From IMG/VR virus record IMGVR_UViG_3300045988_113168: a DNA stretch of 64,000 bases. One strand, written 5' to 3'. The DNA comes from a virus. Made by a program: the position numbers and the translations under genes. The notes under the pieces are model-generated. The model worked only from the letters and a program-made list of their open reading frames with translations, did not search any database and was not told the DNA's origin. Below, in pieces: positions 1 to 9,676 of the stretch; the first letter of the stretch is position 1; every line of letters starts with the position of its first letter.

Positions 1-180
1 ATTTTTTTTGCCTTCGATTCCGTCAGATCGTCCACTCTTCGAGTGTACGTTTTCTACAATGCTCGCTTGTAGTCTCGTTTCAATTTCCGGCGCAACACCC
101 TCAAGGATATCTTGAACGCTGCTAACCACACCGGCCAGTAAATCATCAAAGTTTGTATACGAAGAAGCAAGACTTCCCAT
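1..180 (-). CDS. hypothetical protein, N-terminal part only (gene runs off left edge)
   Basis: ATG at 180-178 just after GGTGGAG; frame open to position 1 (MGSLASSYTNFDDLLAGVV...). Confidence 0.5.
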   Translation of the reverse strand, partial: MGSLASSYTNFDDLLAGVVSSVQDILEGVAPEIETRLQASIVENVHSKSGRSDGIEGKKN

Positions 181-190
181 TCACTCCACC

Positions 191-1180
191 TCAAATCTCA
201 AATCGATCCTTTGCAGACTGAATCTTTGTGGTATCCTTTTTGATGTAATACTTGTTGGTCACATCCGTGCCAGCATGGTTGAGCAGGGAAGAGACATCTT
301 CCAGACTCATGCCCGCGTTCTTCAGCAGGGTAGCACCACTATGCCGGAAGTCATGCGGGTGCAGCGTGGGCTCATCAATCATCTCACCAATTTTCTTACA
401 CCAATCACCAGCGGTGCTTGAAGTAATCGGCATCCATGCACCATTGGTTTTCGTACCAACAAACACATAGCCGCCATCCTCAATATCATGCTCAGTGCGG
501 TATTCCTTCAGCTCTTTCAAAAGCTCAAAAACCTCCTTGCTGAACATCAGATCAACGATTTTACCTTCCTTTTCCAGAACGTCATGCACCATGCGATTTT
601 CATAATCGATAGATTTCCAGAGTGTATTCCGCACAGCATTGACACGAGCCATCGTGGATAGCGAGAACAGTGCGTACAGACGCAGTGTCATCGCATTATC
701 CTTCATGTGAACTGTGGTCGCAGATTCAACCAGGGCGTTCAGCTTCTCTCGCATCAACTTAACCTCATCCGGCGTAAGGTACGTCTGCTTCACAACAGCC
801 ACGTCCTTTGTCGGTCGGTCAATGAACTCCATCGGATTCTCTTTGATGATTTTTTTCTTACGAAGATACCGATATAGCGCAGAAATTGTACTCATGCGCC
901 GCTTCATACGAGCAGAGTTATTTCCATGCTTCTTACAGTAGAACAGAAATTCCTCAATATCCTCTTCTTCAAGTTCCGTCACAGGAGCGTTGCCCTGATT
1001 ATCCAAAACATAAATCATCCACTGCTTGAAATCCGATTCATAATTGTAAACAGTAGACGGGCTGAGGTCACGGATGCCCATATCAGTCTCATATCTATCC
1101 CAGTATTTCAAAGACACTGGGTTTACGTTTTTGAACTTCTCAGCATCCCATAACTTCAGCGGTTTACTTCTTGTAGCCAT
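191..1180 (-). CDS. int: tyrosine recombinase / phage integrase
   Basis: 329 aa; C-terminal HPHDFRHSGATLL ... LLNHAGTDVTNKYY (HxxR ... H ... Y catalytic signature); SD GGAGGG before ATG. Confidence 0.85.
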   Translation of the reverse strand: MATRSKPLKLWDAEKFKNVNPVSLKYWDRYETDMGIRDLSPSTVYNYESDFKQWMIYVLDNQGNAPVTELEEEDIEEFLFYCKKHGNNSARMKRRMSTISALYRYLRKKKIIKENPMEFIDRPTKDVAVVKQTYLTPDEVKLMREKLNALVESATTVHMKDNAMTLRLYALFSLSTMARVNAVRNTLWKSIDYENRMVHDVLEKEGKIVDLMFSKEVFELLKELKEYRTEHDIEDGGYVFVGTKTNGAWMPITSSTAGDWCKKIGEMIDEPTLHPHDFRHSGATLLKNAGMSLEDVSSLLNHAGTDVTNKYYIKKDTTKIQSAKDRFEI

Positions 1181-1214
1181 ATTAAAATTCCCTCCAACCC
1201 ACCTCTAAAAGTGT

Positions 1215-1724
1215 TTATTCCTTTTTATCTTTTGCCAGCACAGCAGAGATCTCCTGCTTATTGTCCAGCAGGGCAGAAGTCACTTCAGAAAACTTCTCGA
1301 CGTCAAAGTCATTCAAGTTGCCCTTCACATCATTCAAATAGTTCTCCATAAAGTCAACGAAATCAGAAATAGGGTCAGGCTTCTCAATAATCTCGTTGAG
1401 CTTGCCACAGAGACCAAGAACAAGCCATTCCTTATGAGAACGATCAATCTGCTCATGAACGGCCTTCTCCAGAGAATCATACTGATCCCAGAACGCAGAA
1501 GTATCACAACCGGCCTTGTTAATCTTGAAATTGAAAGACTCGTAAGCAATACGAGGCCACTCACTCTGCGGCTCGCTACGATAGTCATAATCTGCAAAAT
1601 ACTTCAGGATAGTCAACCGGAACACAACATCGAGCAGTGCAGGCTGATAATCACCATCGATAGTACATGTCTTGACTACCTCATCAAGAAACTCATTTCG
1701 CTCCTGAAAATTTAAAACCTTCAT
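1215..1724 (-). CDS. hypothetical protein
   Basis: 169-aa ORF, SD AAGGGAG, tightly packed with neighbours. Confidence 0.6.
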   Translation of the reverse strand: MKVLNFQERNEFLDEVVKTCTIDGDYQPALLDVVFRLTILKYFADYDYRSEPQSEWPRIAYESFNFKINKAGCDTSAFWDQYDSLEKAVHEQIDRSHKEWLVLGLCGKLNEIIEKPDPISDFVDFMENYLNDVKGNLNDFDVEKFSEVTSALLDNKQEISAVLAKDKKE

Positions 1725-1725
1725 T

Positions 1726-2199
1726 TTATCTCCCTTTCGTCTGTGCTTGCTTTAATTTCTTTCGCTCTTTCCGAGCTTTTTTTAGGTCGTCATAATCGAC
1801 CCAGCCTCCATCGATTTTGGAGTATGTGATCCAGCGGTAATCTACATCAGGATACTTGAACCAGAACATCTTGCGCTTCATCAAAGCAACACTATCAGCG
1901 AATCCCTTCGTATCAATCACTTGTTTGCTGCCATCTCGATATGTAATTTCATAGTCCGCCACATAGTCAATCTTCCGCACCGCTACGTCCTTGCCGTCCT
2001 TATCGACCCGGCGGAACGATTCTTGCAGAAGAAATGGGACCTGCTTACGACACTCTACAATTTCGCCGCTTGCCAGCCTTGGCAATACAATATCTCGATA
2101 AAACAACATTTCTGCCTTACTATCATAAACTACGCCATCATATGTTCTATCTGCTGGATTCTTACTGACATTAAACTTCGTTCTGTTCTTTTTCTCCAT
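1726..2199 (-). CDS. DUF1064-family protein (nuclease-like fold)
   Basis: 157 aa; pattern YDGVVYDSKAE..Y...L......I......Q..F.L ... IDYVADY ... VIDTKG typical of DUF1064 as I recall it. Confidence 0.55.
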   Translation of the reverse strand: MEKKNRTKFNVSKNPADRTYDGVVYDSKAEMLFYRDIVLPRLASGEIVECRKQVPFLLQESFRRVDKDGKDVAVRKIDYVADYEITYRDGSKQVIDTKGFADSVALMKRKMFWFKYPDVDYRWITYSKIDGGWVDYDDLKKARKERKKLKQAQTKGR

Positions 2200-2227
2200 A
2201 AAATCACCACGAAAAATAAAGGGGCGG

Positions 2228-2611
2228 TTATGCCCGCCCCTTACGATTTGATGTTTTCTTAACTACCGGCTTCACGGGCGTTTCATCTTTTACATCACCA
2301 GATGACTCATTCTCTGCCTTTGCAGGCTCATCTATGATTTCATGGAAAATGTCACGAACAGCCGGGATGAAATTTTCCACCTCGGACTCCGTAATATTCT
2401 TGTACTTGCGTGTCAAAAGAGTAGTCAAGTCTGCCTTTGCAGTCTCTTTTGAAATAATTCCCTGGCGATACTGGTTTACAGCAGTCCACACAAGAAAGTG
2501 TGGCTCAGTGTCACAAATCATTCGCCAAGGGTTAAGACGCGCATCCTGCTCGCAATGCGGGCATACCGGATATTCTTTTCCGCAAGTACGGCACCAATTC
2601 AGATTTGCCAT
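2228..2611 (-). CDS. hypothetical zinc-ribbon protein
   Basis: 127 aa; CRTCGKEYPVCPHCEQ motif at N-terminus. Confidence 0.6.
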   Translation of the reverse strand: MANLNWCRTCGKEYPVCPHCEQDARLNPWRMICDTEPHFLVWTAVNQYRQGIISKETAKADLTTLLTRKYKNITESEVENFIPAVRDIFHEIIDEPAKAENESSGDVKDETPVKPVVKKTSNRKGRA

Positions 2612-3411
2612 TAGGCAGCAGCAGTCTCAATACGGAACAGGCGCTTGTCTTCAGAGCAGTATTCCTGAGTAGCGCTAATCTTGACCGGATGAGCCAGCTC
2701 ATTAGTGAAAGTCATATCGATAGCATTGTCCATCTTGGCATTCGGGAAGATGATACGCATCAGCTTCTTATTTGCCTTGTCGCAAGGATTGTAGCAGAAT
2801 GCCTCAATCACGAACTCGCCCTCGGTAGAGAACTTATTGGCGCTATCATTGATAGCAATGCCCTCCTCGCTCTCGTACTGATACTTCACAACAAAGCGGT
2901 CGCCAGCCTTCAGGTTTGCACCAGTGGGCAGAGTAACCTCAGTGCCAGAAACAGAGAACTGAGATTCGGCGGTCTCACCCAGCTCAAAGGTCTTTAGTGC
3001 ATTACCCTGACCATCGACCAGATCAATGTACTTAAAGGGGGCATTTGCAACAGCAGCCTTGGGGGTATGAGTCAGAGTCAGCTTCTGGCCGTCGGCAGAA
3101 GTCAGATACTCAACAGTGGTAAAGACCTGTTTTGCTGTAGAAGAAGCAACCTCCTTCTTGGAGCCCATCTGCTCTGCCAGAGCACCCAGATGCATCAGAG
3201 CATTAGACCAATCCGCCTCGGCAGTCTTGCTCTTGTCGAATGCCATGATGTTAACGCCCTGTGCATCCTGAGCATAAACGGTCTCGCCACCCAGAGTCAG
3301 CTTGAAATCCTTAACCTGATTCATGGTCCACAGGCGCTTGCCGTTCAGGTCATACTCGTGAATGCGATGAACGCGGTCAATAACGACCTCATTAAAATTA
3401 AAATCGCTCAT
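2611..3411 (-). CDS. putative major tail / tube-like structural protein
   Basis: 266 aa, follows a strong terminator in the late operon; size and position only, no motif proof. Confidence 0.35.
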   Translation of the reverse strand: MSDFNFNEVVIDRVHRIHEYDLNGKRLWTMNQVKDFKLTLGGETVYAQDAQGVNIMAFDKSKTAEADWSNALMHLGALAEQMGSKKEVASSTAKQVFTTVEYLTSADGQKLTLTHTPKAAVANAPFKYIDLVDGQGNALKTFELGETAESQFSVSGTEVTLPTGANLKAGDRFVVKYQYESEEGIAINDSANKFSTEGEFVIEAFCYNPCDKANKKLMRIIFPNAKMDNAIDMTFTNELAHPVKISATQEYCSEDKRLFRIETAAA

Positions 3412-3439
3412 AATTTTCTTCCTTTCAATTTATTTGGAT

Positions 3440-3477
3440 AAAATAAAAAGAGCAAGGTAAATCAGTTAACCTTGCTC
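3440..3477 (-). terminator. rho-independent terminator
   Basis: minus-sense GAGCAAGG-loop-CCTTGCTC followed by TTTTTATTTT; stop codon of upstream gene sits in the loop. Confidence 0.7.
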
Positions 3478-4199
3478 GTCCAATCCAGTTGTGATTTTGA
3501 AATCTTTCCAAACTCCACGGTGCCAGCATAAACGCCATGCATCGTATTGTCGTAGTTCTTTATTTGCTGAATCTTTCTTACATGATTCATAAACACACTC
3601 ATAGGGTAGTCCATAGCCTTGAAGTAATCCGCTTTAAAGCCGGAGGAGCACGCCATTGAGAGAACAAGCTCCGCAAGTCGTGGCTCATAACGCTTTATTT
3701 TCTGATACTCCAAATTATCTCTGGCTTCCTCTATCATTGCAATCCTTGTCGGTTCGTCAGCGGCAAATTCGGAATGCTTTTCAATTCCATTCGCAGCACA
3801 TAGGTACTGAGAAATTGTTTCATACACTACATGGTCAATACGGGTATCCGTAAGTCTGTTGTGTAACACAATTTCACCACTTATGTTATCTTTTGCCATT
3901 ACAAACCCGGAAATATCCATATCGCCAAACAAAATAGACATATCTTGATTTTTGTTGCCTATAAAGAGCTGCCGAAACATTTCAAAGTCCGAAATTTTTT
4001 GCCAATCAACCCCAACAGAGTCAAGTTGTGCTTTATAGTCGCTTGATGTAGAGCAGAACAAATAAACCAACTGAAAATACTTTTGCTCACCATAATCGAT
4101 AATATCACCAACAGACGGCATGTGAATCGTAATTTTGTCGTTGATTTTAAAGTCTCTTCCACGCATCAAGCTCGGCTCGTACATTTCTCTAAGCTCCAT
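3462..4199 (-). CDS. hypothetical structural-module protein
   Basis: ORF; ATG at 4199 overlaps upstream stop (TAATG). Confidence 0.6.
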   Translation of the reverse strand: MELREMYEPSLMRGRDFKINDKITIHMPSVGDIIDYGEQKYFQLVYLFCSTSSDYKAQLDSVGVDWQKISDFEMFRQLFIGNKNQDMSILFGDMDISGFVMAKDNISGEIVLHNRLTDTRIDHVVYETISQYLCAANGIEKHSEFAADEPTRIAMIEEARDNLEYQKIKRYEPRLAELVLSMACSSGFKADYFKAMDYPMSVFMNHVRKIQQIKNYDNTMHGVYAGTVEFGKISKSQLDWTSKVN

Positions 4200-4678
4200 T
4201 AACCACACCCCACAAGATCATCCAGATCCTGCGTCTTAAACGTCATAATTCGCACACGATGGTGTAAATCCATGTTGTCCTCGATATTGGATGTGATTTT
4301 AAGTTGCTTAATTCCAAAAATTGTACTGCCGTGTAATTCTTTCTCCACTAAACCGCTCAGATAGTCAACTCGTGTTGCTCCACCATGACCTTTCATCTTC
4401 ATCAACGCCTGATTCACAATAACCCACACAGTAAGCGTAAAGTTCTCGTACCAGTCATTAACATTACTGCGGTCAGTCATGTTTACCTTAAAACAAATAT
4501 AGCTGTGTGCTGCCTCAATCGTGTCGGGAATATGGAAGTATGGGAAGATATATGTATAAATTGCCTCATCTGGCTCTTCAATATCATCATTACCCATCGC
4601 TTCAACAAGCCCATCCGTATTGACCAACTTTAAAGCTAATTTGTTTTTATAGTCCGTAATCAATTCACTCGTTGTCAC
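4199..4678 (-). CDS. hypothetical structural-module protein
   Basis: 159 aa, GTG start overlapping upstream TGA (GTGA), SD AAGGTGG. Confidence 0.6.
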   Translation of the reverse strand: MTTSELITDYKNKLALKLVNTDGLVEAMGNDDIEEPDEAIYTYIFPYFHIPDTIEAAHSYICFKVNMTDRSNVNDWYENFTLTVWVIVNQALMKMKGHGGATRVDYLSGLVEKELHGSTIFGIKQLKITSNIEDNMDLHHRVRIMTFKTQDLDDLVGCG

Positions 4679-5700
4679 AGCAAGCTCACCACCTTACATT
4701 CAATGGATGTATTTGCCGTACCATCTGCATTTGTCAGAGAAATTCTAACAGTTACGCCATCCATGATGCTATTATTCAAAATACGAATTTTGAAAACACC
4801 ATCCGTAGCAACCTGTGTTTCAACAAAACTCTTAAACTCATCAAGGCAAATAAAGCTCCACTTTGCAACTTCCGCAACTTCTTCGCCCGTAATGCTTGTG
4901 AATACCGGAATGAATTTCTTCCAAGAACCGCCAACACGAACTTCTGGCCTGCCTGCATACTTAATAGTAGCTGTAATCTGAGAGTCCGCACCTGGCTCAT
5001 TACTCTTGTTTGGCTCAAAGTAGTCACAAATCATCTTCTCAGCATTGTCCGTCTTGCTGTTATACTGATCTTGCCGAATATTCAACACAAGGAATCCCTG
5101 TGTCTTACCGTGCAGTTCATAGCGCTCTGTACTCTGATCAACAGAAGTCGTAACATATGTTTTCGGCTCTCCATTGATAATTTCCAACATAAAGCGCTTA
5201 TCAAGGTCAATCAGCGCAGTTTCATCATCGAAAGGCATCTGTACCTTATACTCACGCTGGCTCAGTGAAGTCACAACAAGCTCCTTATTATTTGCGTAAT
5301 AAGGCTTACTCAGTGTTGCCCAACGAGATACTATCTCACCAGTAATCGGATTTTGCCATTGAATCTGGCGGTTACACAGCTCCATTTTCCCACGAAGAAA
5401 AATCTCATCGTTCGGTTCAATCTCAGTCACCAGCCATTTACAGTTGTAGCAGTCAACAATATCACCAAGATTCAAAGAATCACCGGGGTAAGCCCAAATC
5501 TTCTTCTCCTTGGCTACGCTGTTACTACGGCTAACAACCAGCTTCTGAGGCAAACCATTCACCAGAGTATTATCCTCATAGTCAACACTATCCTTGAAGT
5601 GTGCAGCGAAGTCACGTTTCGCAAAAGCAATTTTGACATCCTTTTTATTAGACATCTTTGCGGCACCGCCAACAGCTCGTACCCTCGTATAAAAGTCCAT
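4675..5700 (-). CDS. hypothetical structural-module protein
   Basis: 341 aa, SD AAGGAGG 7 nt before ATG. Confidence 0.65.
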   Translation of the reverse strand: MDFYTRVRAVGGAAKMSNKKDVKIAFAKRDFAAHFKDSVDYEDNTLVNGLPQKLVVSRSNSVAKEKKIWAYPGDSLNLGDIVDCYNCKWLVTEIEPNDEIFLRGKMELCNRQIQWQNPITGEIVSRWATLSKPYYANNKELVVTSLSQREYKVQMPFDDETALIDLDKRFMLEIINGEPKTYVTTSVDQSTERYELHGKTQGFLVLNIRQDQYNSKTDNAEKMICDYFEPNKSNEPGADSQITATIKYAGRPEVRVGGSWKKFIPVFTSITGEEVAEVAKWSFICLDEFKSFVETQVATDGVFKIRILNNSIMDGVTVRISLTNADGTANTSIECKVVSLL

Positions 5701-5712
5701 CGGTACACCTCC

Positions 5713-6213
5713 TTACTCAGAGTAGGAAGCGTATGTATCATAGTCGATGGTCTTACGCTTGCGGGTCGAGCGGTCTTTTGCCATATAGTTGTCCAACATC
5801 GTCATATTCTCCTCATGGATGTCTTTCACAAGAGCACGAATGCTCGTGCGCTCGTTAGCAGGGGAGAATACCTGTAAACTTGTAGGAAGGTCCTGTGCGC
5901 TAAATGCTTTCAACTTCCCAAACTCACGCTTAAAATGTTGCTCCAACATCAAATGCGCTAACATATCAATCTCATCGAATGTGAGATCTGAATTAAACTC
6001 TTCTAGTTCTGAATCGTAATCATCGAAACTAAAATCCTCTTCCGGTTCAATGTTTCTGGTAATCACAGAAAGTGACTCCATCAAATAACTTTTTGCACGG
6101 TCATGTACAAGATCTCGCACTTCATTCTCGGTTAAGTCGAAATACTGAAAGAAATTACTATCAGTCTCAACTAACTCGTAGAACTTATCATATACATCCG
6201 AAAATGCGGTCAC
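5713..6213 (-). CDS. hypothetical structural-module protein
   Basis: 166 aa, GTG start after GGAGGG. Confidence 0.6.
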   Translation of the reverse strand: MTAFSDVYDKFYELVETDSNFFQYFDLTENEVRDLVHDRAKSYLMESLSVITRNIEPEEDFSFDDYDSELEEFNSDLTFDEIDMLAHLMLEQHFKREFGKLKAFSAQDLPTSLQVFSPANERTSIRALVKDIHEENMTMLDNYMAKDRSTRKRKTIDYDTYASYSE

Positions 6214-6228
6214 ATTATCCCTCCAATC

Positions 6229-6930
6229 TTACTCGGCGGGAACGACCTCCGCCTTTTCTCCATCAGCCTTCTTACGGCTACGCTTAGTAGTCTTCTCAAC
6301 AGGAGTGTCCTGTGCCACAGGCTGTGCGCCAGACATCATAGCCTGCATCTGCGCCAATGCCGCCTGCATCTGCTTCTGCATTTCAGCAAGCTGGTTCTTT
6401 GCGGCCTCAAGCTCTGCCTGAACATCAGTAGGGGCAGACTTGGCTGCAGGCACAACAGACAGTTCACTATTACGCTTGCCAGCACGAAGCTCCTTATAAC
6501 GCTCATCAATCAGGCGCTTGACCTTAGTGGACAGGTCTTCACCGGCATTCGTCATGCGATAAAAGCGACCACGAATACGCTCAAACTGAGCACCATCCTT
6601 AATGTCAATCATTCGCTGAAGATTCTCGACAGTGGGATTCAGAATCGCATCATCGATATCTTCAATGAATAAAACATCATCGCCCTTAATGCCAATAGCC
6701 TTAAAGATTTCATTCTGCTCTTCAGGGCGAAAACGCAGAACACCATTCTTGAACGCAGAACAAGTGCTGTTCATATACATGATCTCCTCCGGCGGAATAG
6801 GAATTACACAAGGCTCTTCCACACTACCGGGCTCGAAAGTATAACCCTTACCGTTCAGTGACGAAATGGTAACCACGTTATCGTCGCAGTTCAGAACGTC
6901 AATAAACTTCTTTTCCATCACGGAACTCAT
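6229..6930 (-). CDS. hypothetical protein with C-terminal coiled-coil / basic tail
   Basis: 233 aa, SD AAAGGAGA; first gene after the capsid-gene terminator. Confidence 0.6.
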   Translation of the reverse strand: MSSVMEKKFIDVLNCDDNVVTISSLNGKGYTFEPGSVEEPCVIPIPPEEIMYMNSTCSAFKNGVLRFRPEEQNEIFKAIGIKGDDVLFIEDIDDAILNPTVENLQRMIDIKDGAQFERIRGRFYRMTNAGEDLSTKVKRLIDERYKELRAGKRNSELSVVPAAKSAPTDVQAELEAAKNQLAEMQKQMQAALAQMQAMMSGAQPVAQDTPVEKTTKRSRKKADGEKAEVVPAE

Positions 6931-6945
6931 AATTTGTCTCCTTTT

Positions 6946-6975
6946 CTATAAAAGCGGAGACTTTGCGGTCTCCGC
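6946..6975 (-). terminator. rho-independent terminator after capsid gene
   Basis: minus-sense GCGGAGAC-cgcaaa-GTCTCCGC then TTTTAT, 22 nt after the exon-2 stop. Confidence 0.75.
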
Positions 6976-6997
6976 CCAGATTTGCCTTTGGTAAAAA

Positions 6998-7171
6998 TTA
7001 CTGCAGAACAATCTTAGCAACGCGCTCGATATGATCAATGCTATAACCGAAGGTAAAGTCCTTGACCATCAGATGAATCTTCTCGTTATTGTTGTCGTGA
7101 TCCTCGTAAGTATGAGTCTCACCCTTCATGTCAAGGCGACCGATCTTGCCCGCGATACCATAAATTCTCTT
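6998..7171 (-). CDS. major capsid protein, exon 2 (C-terminal 57 aa)
   Basis: open frame KRIYGIAGKIGRLDMKGETHTYEDHDNNNEKIHLMVKDFTFGYSIDHIERVAKIVLQ* with no start codon or SD; continues exon 1 (..GSLLIPD) in frame after intron removal. Confidence 0.7.
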   Translation of the reverse strand, partial: KRIYGIAGKIGRLDMKGETHTYEDHDNNNEKIHLMVKDFTFGYSIDHIERVAKIVLQ

Positions 7172-8758
7172 CTGTTATTTTTAAGAAAAATGTTTATCTA
7201 AAATTGATTCAATGTTATCAAAATCCGTGTAGGGAATCCTGATAAGCTTAATGCCGTTATTTTGGCAATATTCGGTTTTAATGTTGTCATTCCGTTTCTG
7301 TGTCTCAAATTTATACTTGACACGTTCAGCAGATTCGCCGTCTCCAAACTTTACTGGCTCAAAATGTTGTTCTCCATCGTATTCGATGCAAGTGTTTTTG
7401 TCCTTGACGTAAAAATCAAATGGTAATGGACGAATATTCCTACAATCATCAAACTTAAATTCACGAGTGTAGTTTATTCCGTTGTCATCAAAATACTTTG
7501 CAATACGTAAAGCGCCATGCGATAGGTTGCATTTTGGGCAACCTCTTCCTGCTAAAACAGAACCAACAAGAGTGTGCCACTCATAACCACATTTTTTGCA
7601 TCGAAAATTCGCATGAGATGACATATCTTTATAACCATTTATGTATTCAATACGATCATTCGTTTTTGCAATTCTTTCAATAATTTCTGCCTCTGAGACA
7701 CGAGCCTTTCCAGCACATTTTGGGCAACCAGAATTTCTGTTATTAAGTATCGTATCAGGAATTGCAGTCCAATGATAACCGCAAACATCACATGCAAAGT
7801 CCACTTTTACGGCAATGCGAACGTATTTTGAAAGAACGCGGATAGTAGGAAACCGCTCGTGCATTTCTTTCAAAAACTCATCTTCTGTGCGTCTATTTGC
7901 AGCACGCCGATAACACTCCATACACCCATGACCTTCAAGCAAAGTGTGTGGAATGCCGTCCCACTCGTATCCGTCAATTTTACACTTACAGCGAACACGA
8001 GAATCGTTTTTCTCATACTCCGAAAGTAATTCGATGTTTGGATTTACTTTAAAAAGTTCTTCTTTAAATTGAGTAGGAGACTTTCGGTTAGACTTCCCTC
8101 GCTTTGAAGATGCACAAATTTGACACCCATGCCCTTCAAAAAGAATTCTGGCTTGAACTTCTCTAATATCTCCACATACTGTGCATTTTCTAAGAATTGG
8201 TTTCCTTGAGCCTTTATACTCAGAAAGCAACACAATAGTCGGATTTAATTCAAACACTTTCTTTTTAAACTCTTCGTTGGTTATTTTCGAACCCATTCTA
8301 CACACCTCCTTTCTTGCAAAATAAAAGCCAGATACTCTACACAGCATCTGGTTGAATCAAAATATTAGATAAACACTATAATCGGACGCTACTCCGTTCT
8401 TGTTGCATATAGCAACCTCGTACTCTCATACGAGCAAAGACTATATCTTCACCCAGTAAAACTGGGGCACACCACTTCGGATGCCAGACACTTGCATCCT
8501 AACCGCTCCCACGCGGATAGTCGTTGAACCTTCTCCTTTTCGGAGCTTGGCTGCTGATTGCCCATTATTTTTAATGTTTAGGTTTTAACCATGCATCATC
8601 TACAATTTTCTTTCTACTTTCGCAACCATCCATCTAGGTATATTTCATCCTTCTGTTTTGGTAATTGTAGTTTTAGGGTTTTCCAGCAATTCAATGTGTA
8701 TTTGTTATCGTGACTTACATCACGACTGGACTATATTACGTAAATTTACATAAATTTA
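7172..8758 (-). mobile_element. group I intron (IA-like) carrying a homing endonuclease ORF, inserted in the capsid gene
   Basis: 5' splice after U (..CCGGAU|UAAAUU). P1 can form GGAUUA/UAGUCC with a U.G wobble at the splice site. Core strands AACGACUAUCC and GUGAAGAUAUAGUCUUUGCUCG resemble P7/J8-7 of T4 td and Tetrahymena introns. Intron ends in G (..AACAG|AAGAGA). Confidence 0.75.
7181..8296 (-). CDS. intron-encoded homing endonuclease (4 zinc-ribbon repeats + Vsr/PD-(D/E)XK-like nuclease core)
   Basis: 371 aa from ATG after GAAAGGAGG. Four repeats of C-x2-C ... G-x-GC-x-x-C. C-terminus LPFDFYV ... CIEYDGEQHF ... IKLIRIPY. Confidence 0.7.
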   Translation of the reverse strand: MGSKITNEEFKKKVFELNPTIVLLSEYKGSRKPILRKCTVCGDIREVQARILFEGHGCQICASSKRGKSNRKSPTQFKEELFKVNPNIELLSEYEKNDSRVRCKCKIDGYEWDGIPHTLLEGHGCMECYRRAANRRTEDEFLKEMHERFPTIRVLSKYVRIAVKVDFACDVCGYHWTAIPDTILNNRNSGCPKCAGKARVSEAEIIERIAKTNDRIEYINGYKDMSSHANFRCKKCGYEWHTLVGSVLAGRGCPKCNLSHGALRIAKYFDDNGINYTREFKFDDCRNIRPLPFDFYVKDKNTCIEYDGEQHFEPVKFGDGESAERVKYKFETQKRNDNIKTEYCQNNGIKLIRIPYTDFDNIESILDKHFS

Positions 8759-9580
8759 ATCCGGGATCAGCAGGGAACCATCACCCAGCTTCTTGGCAGA
8801 GCTAATACCAGTAATAGCAACACCATCGTAAGTCTTAACCAGACCATAACGGTTAAACTCGTCCTTAGCTGCGTCAGACAGATACTCAGCGTAGCCGGTC
8901 ATACGACGCATCTTGGCACAATACTTCATCAGGCTGACAGTGAAGGGATTACCACCATCTGCGTACTCATTCAGATACAGAGCCAGAGCGTCCATATCCT
9001 GCATAGTGGGCTCCTTACCCTGTGCATCGATCTTCTGCTCGCCACCAGTGATAGCGTCATCAACCATGCTAAAGATGTCATAGAACATCTGGTTCTTCAG
9101 AGCCTCAGTCATAAAGGTGGTCAGAGTTGCCACACTCTTCCAAGCATTGCGTCTTACATCCACAAAGCTAAGATCAGCCTCGATCTGCTTATTACGCCAG
9201 ACGGGCTTAATGGTCTCGTAGTGCAGGTAAGACTTCGGCACGTTGCCGCCCTTAGCTGCATCATAAGCCTTCAGAGTGTTCTTAACAGTACGACCTGCCT
9301 CGTAATCATCAAACTCACCAACATTACCACGCTCAAACATGGAGTCCAGCAGCTCATCAGGTGCGCCATACAGCTCATCAGTCACGGTGCGGTTAACAAA
9401 CTGAGCAATCTCCTTGTTGGGGTCACCCTTGTCAATCAGCTCCTCAACATGAGCGCCAACAACCTCAGCAATCTCCTTATCCTCGGCATCCATAGCGCGA
9501 TTGTACTGAGTCTTCTCAGCAACTTCATAAACACGACCAGGCTGCTTCATCAGCTCGGCCACTTCAATATTCAGTGCCAT
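8759..9580 (-). CDS. major capsid protein, exon 1 (274 aa)
   Basis: position after scaffold/decoration genes and before a strong terminator; the TAA directly after ..LLIPD is the first intron codon. Confidence 0.65.
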
Positions 9581-9604
9581 AATTCATTTCCTTTCTCTTC
9601 GCGC

Positions 9605-9637
9605 AAAATAAAAGAGCTACCGCCAAAGACGATAGCC
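9605..9637 (-). terminator. probable rho-independent terminator
   Basis: imperfect stem GGCTATCG/CGGTAGCT followed by CTTTTATTTT on minus strand. Confidence 0.45.
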
Positions 9638-9676
9638 TTAAATTTCACGTATCATATTCAAGATTTTTTCTCTCAA

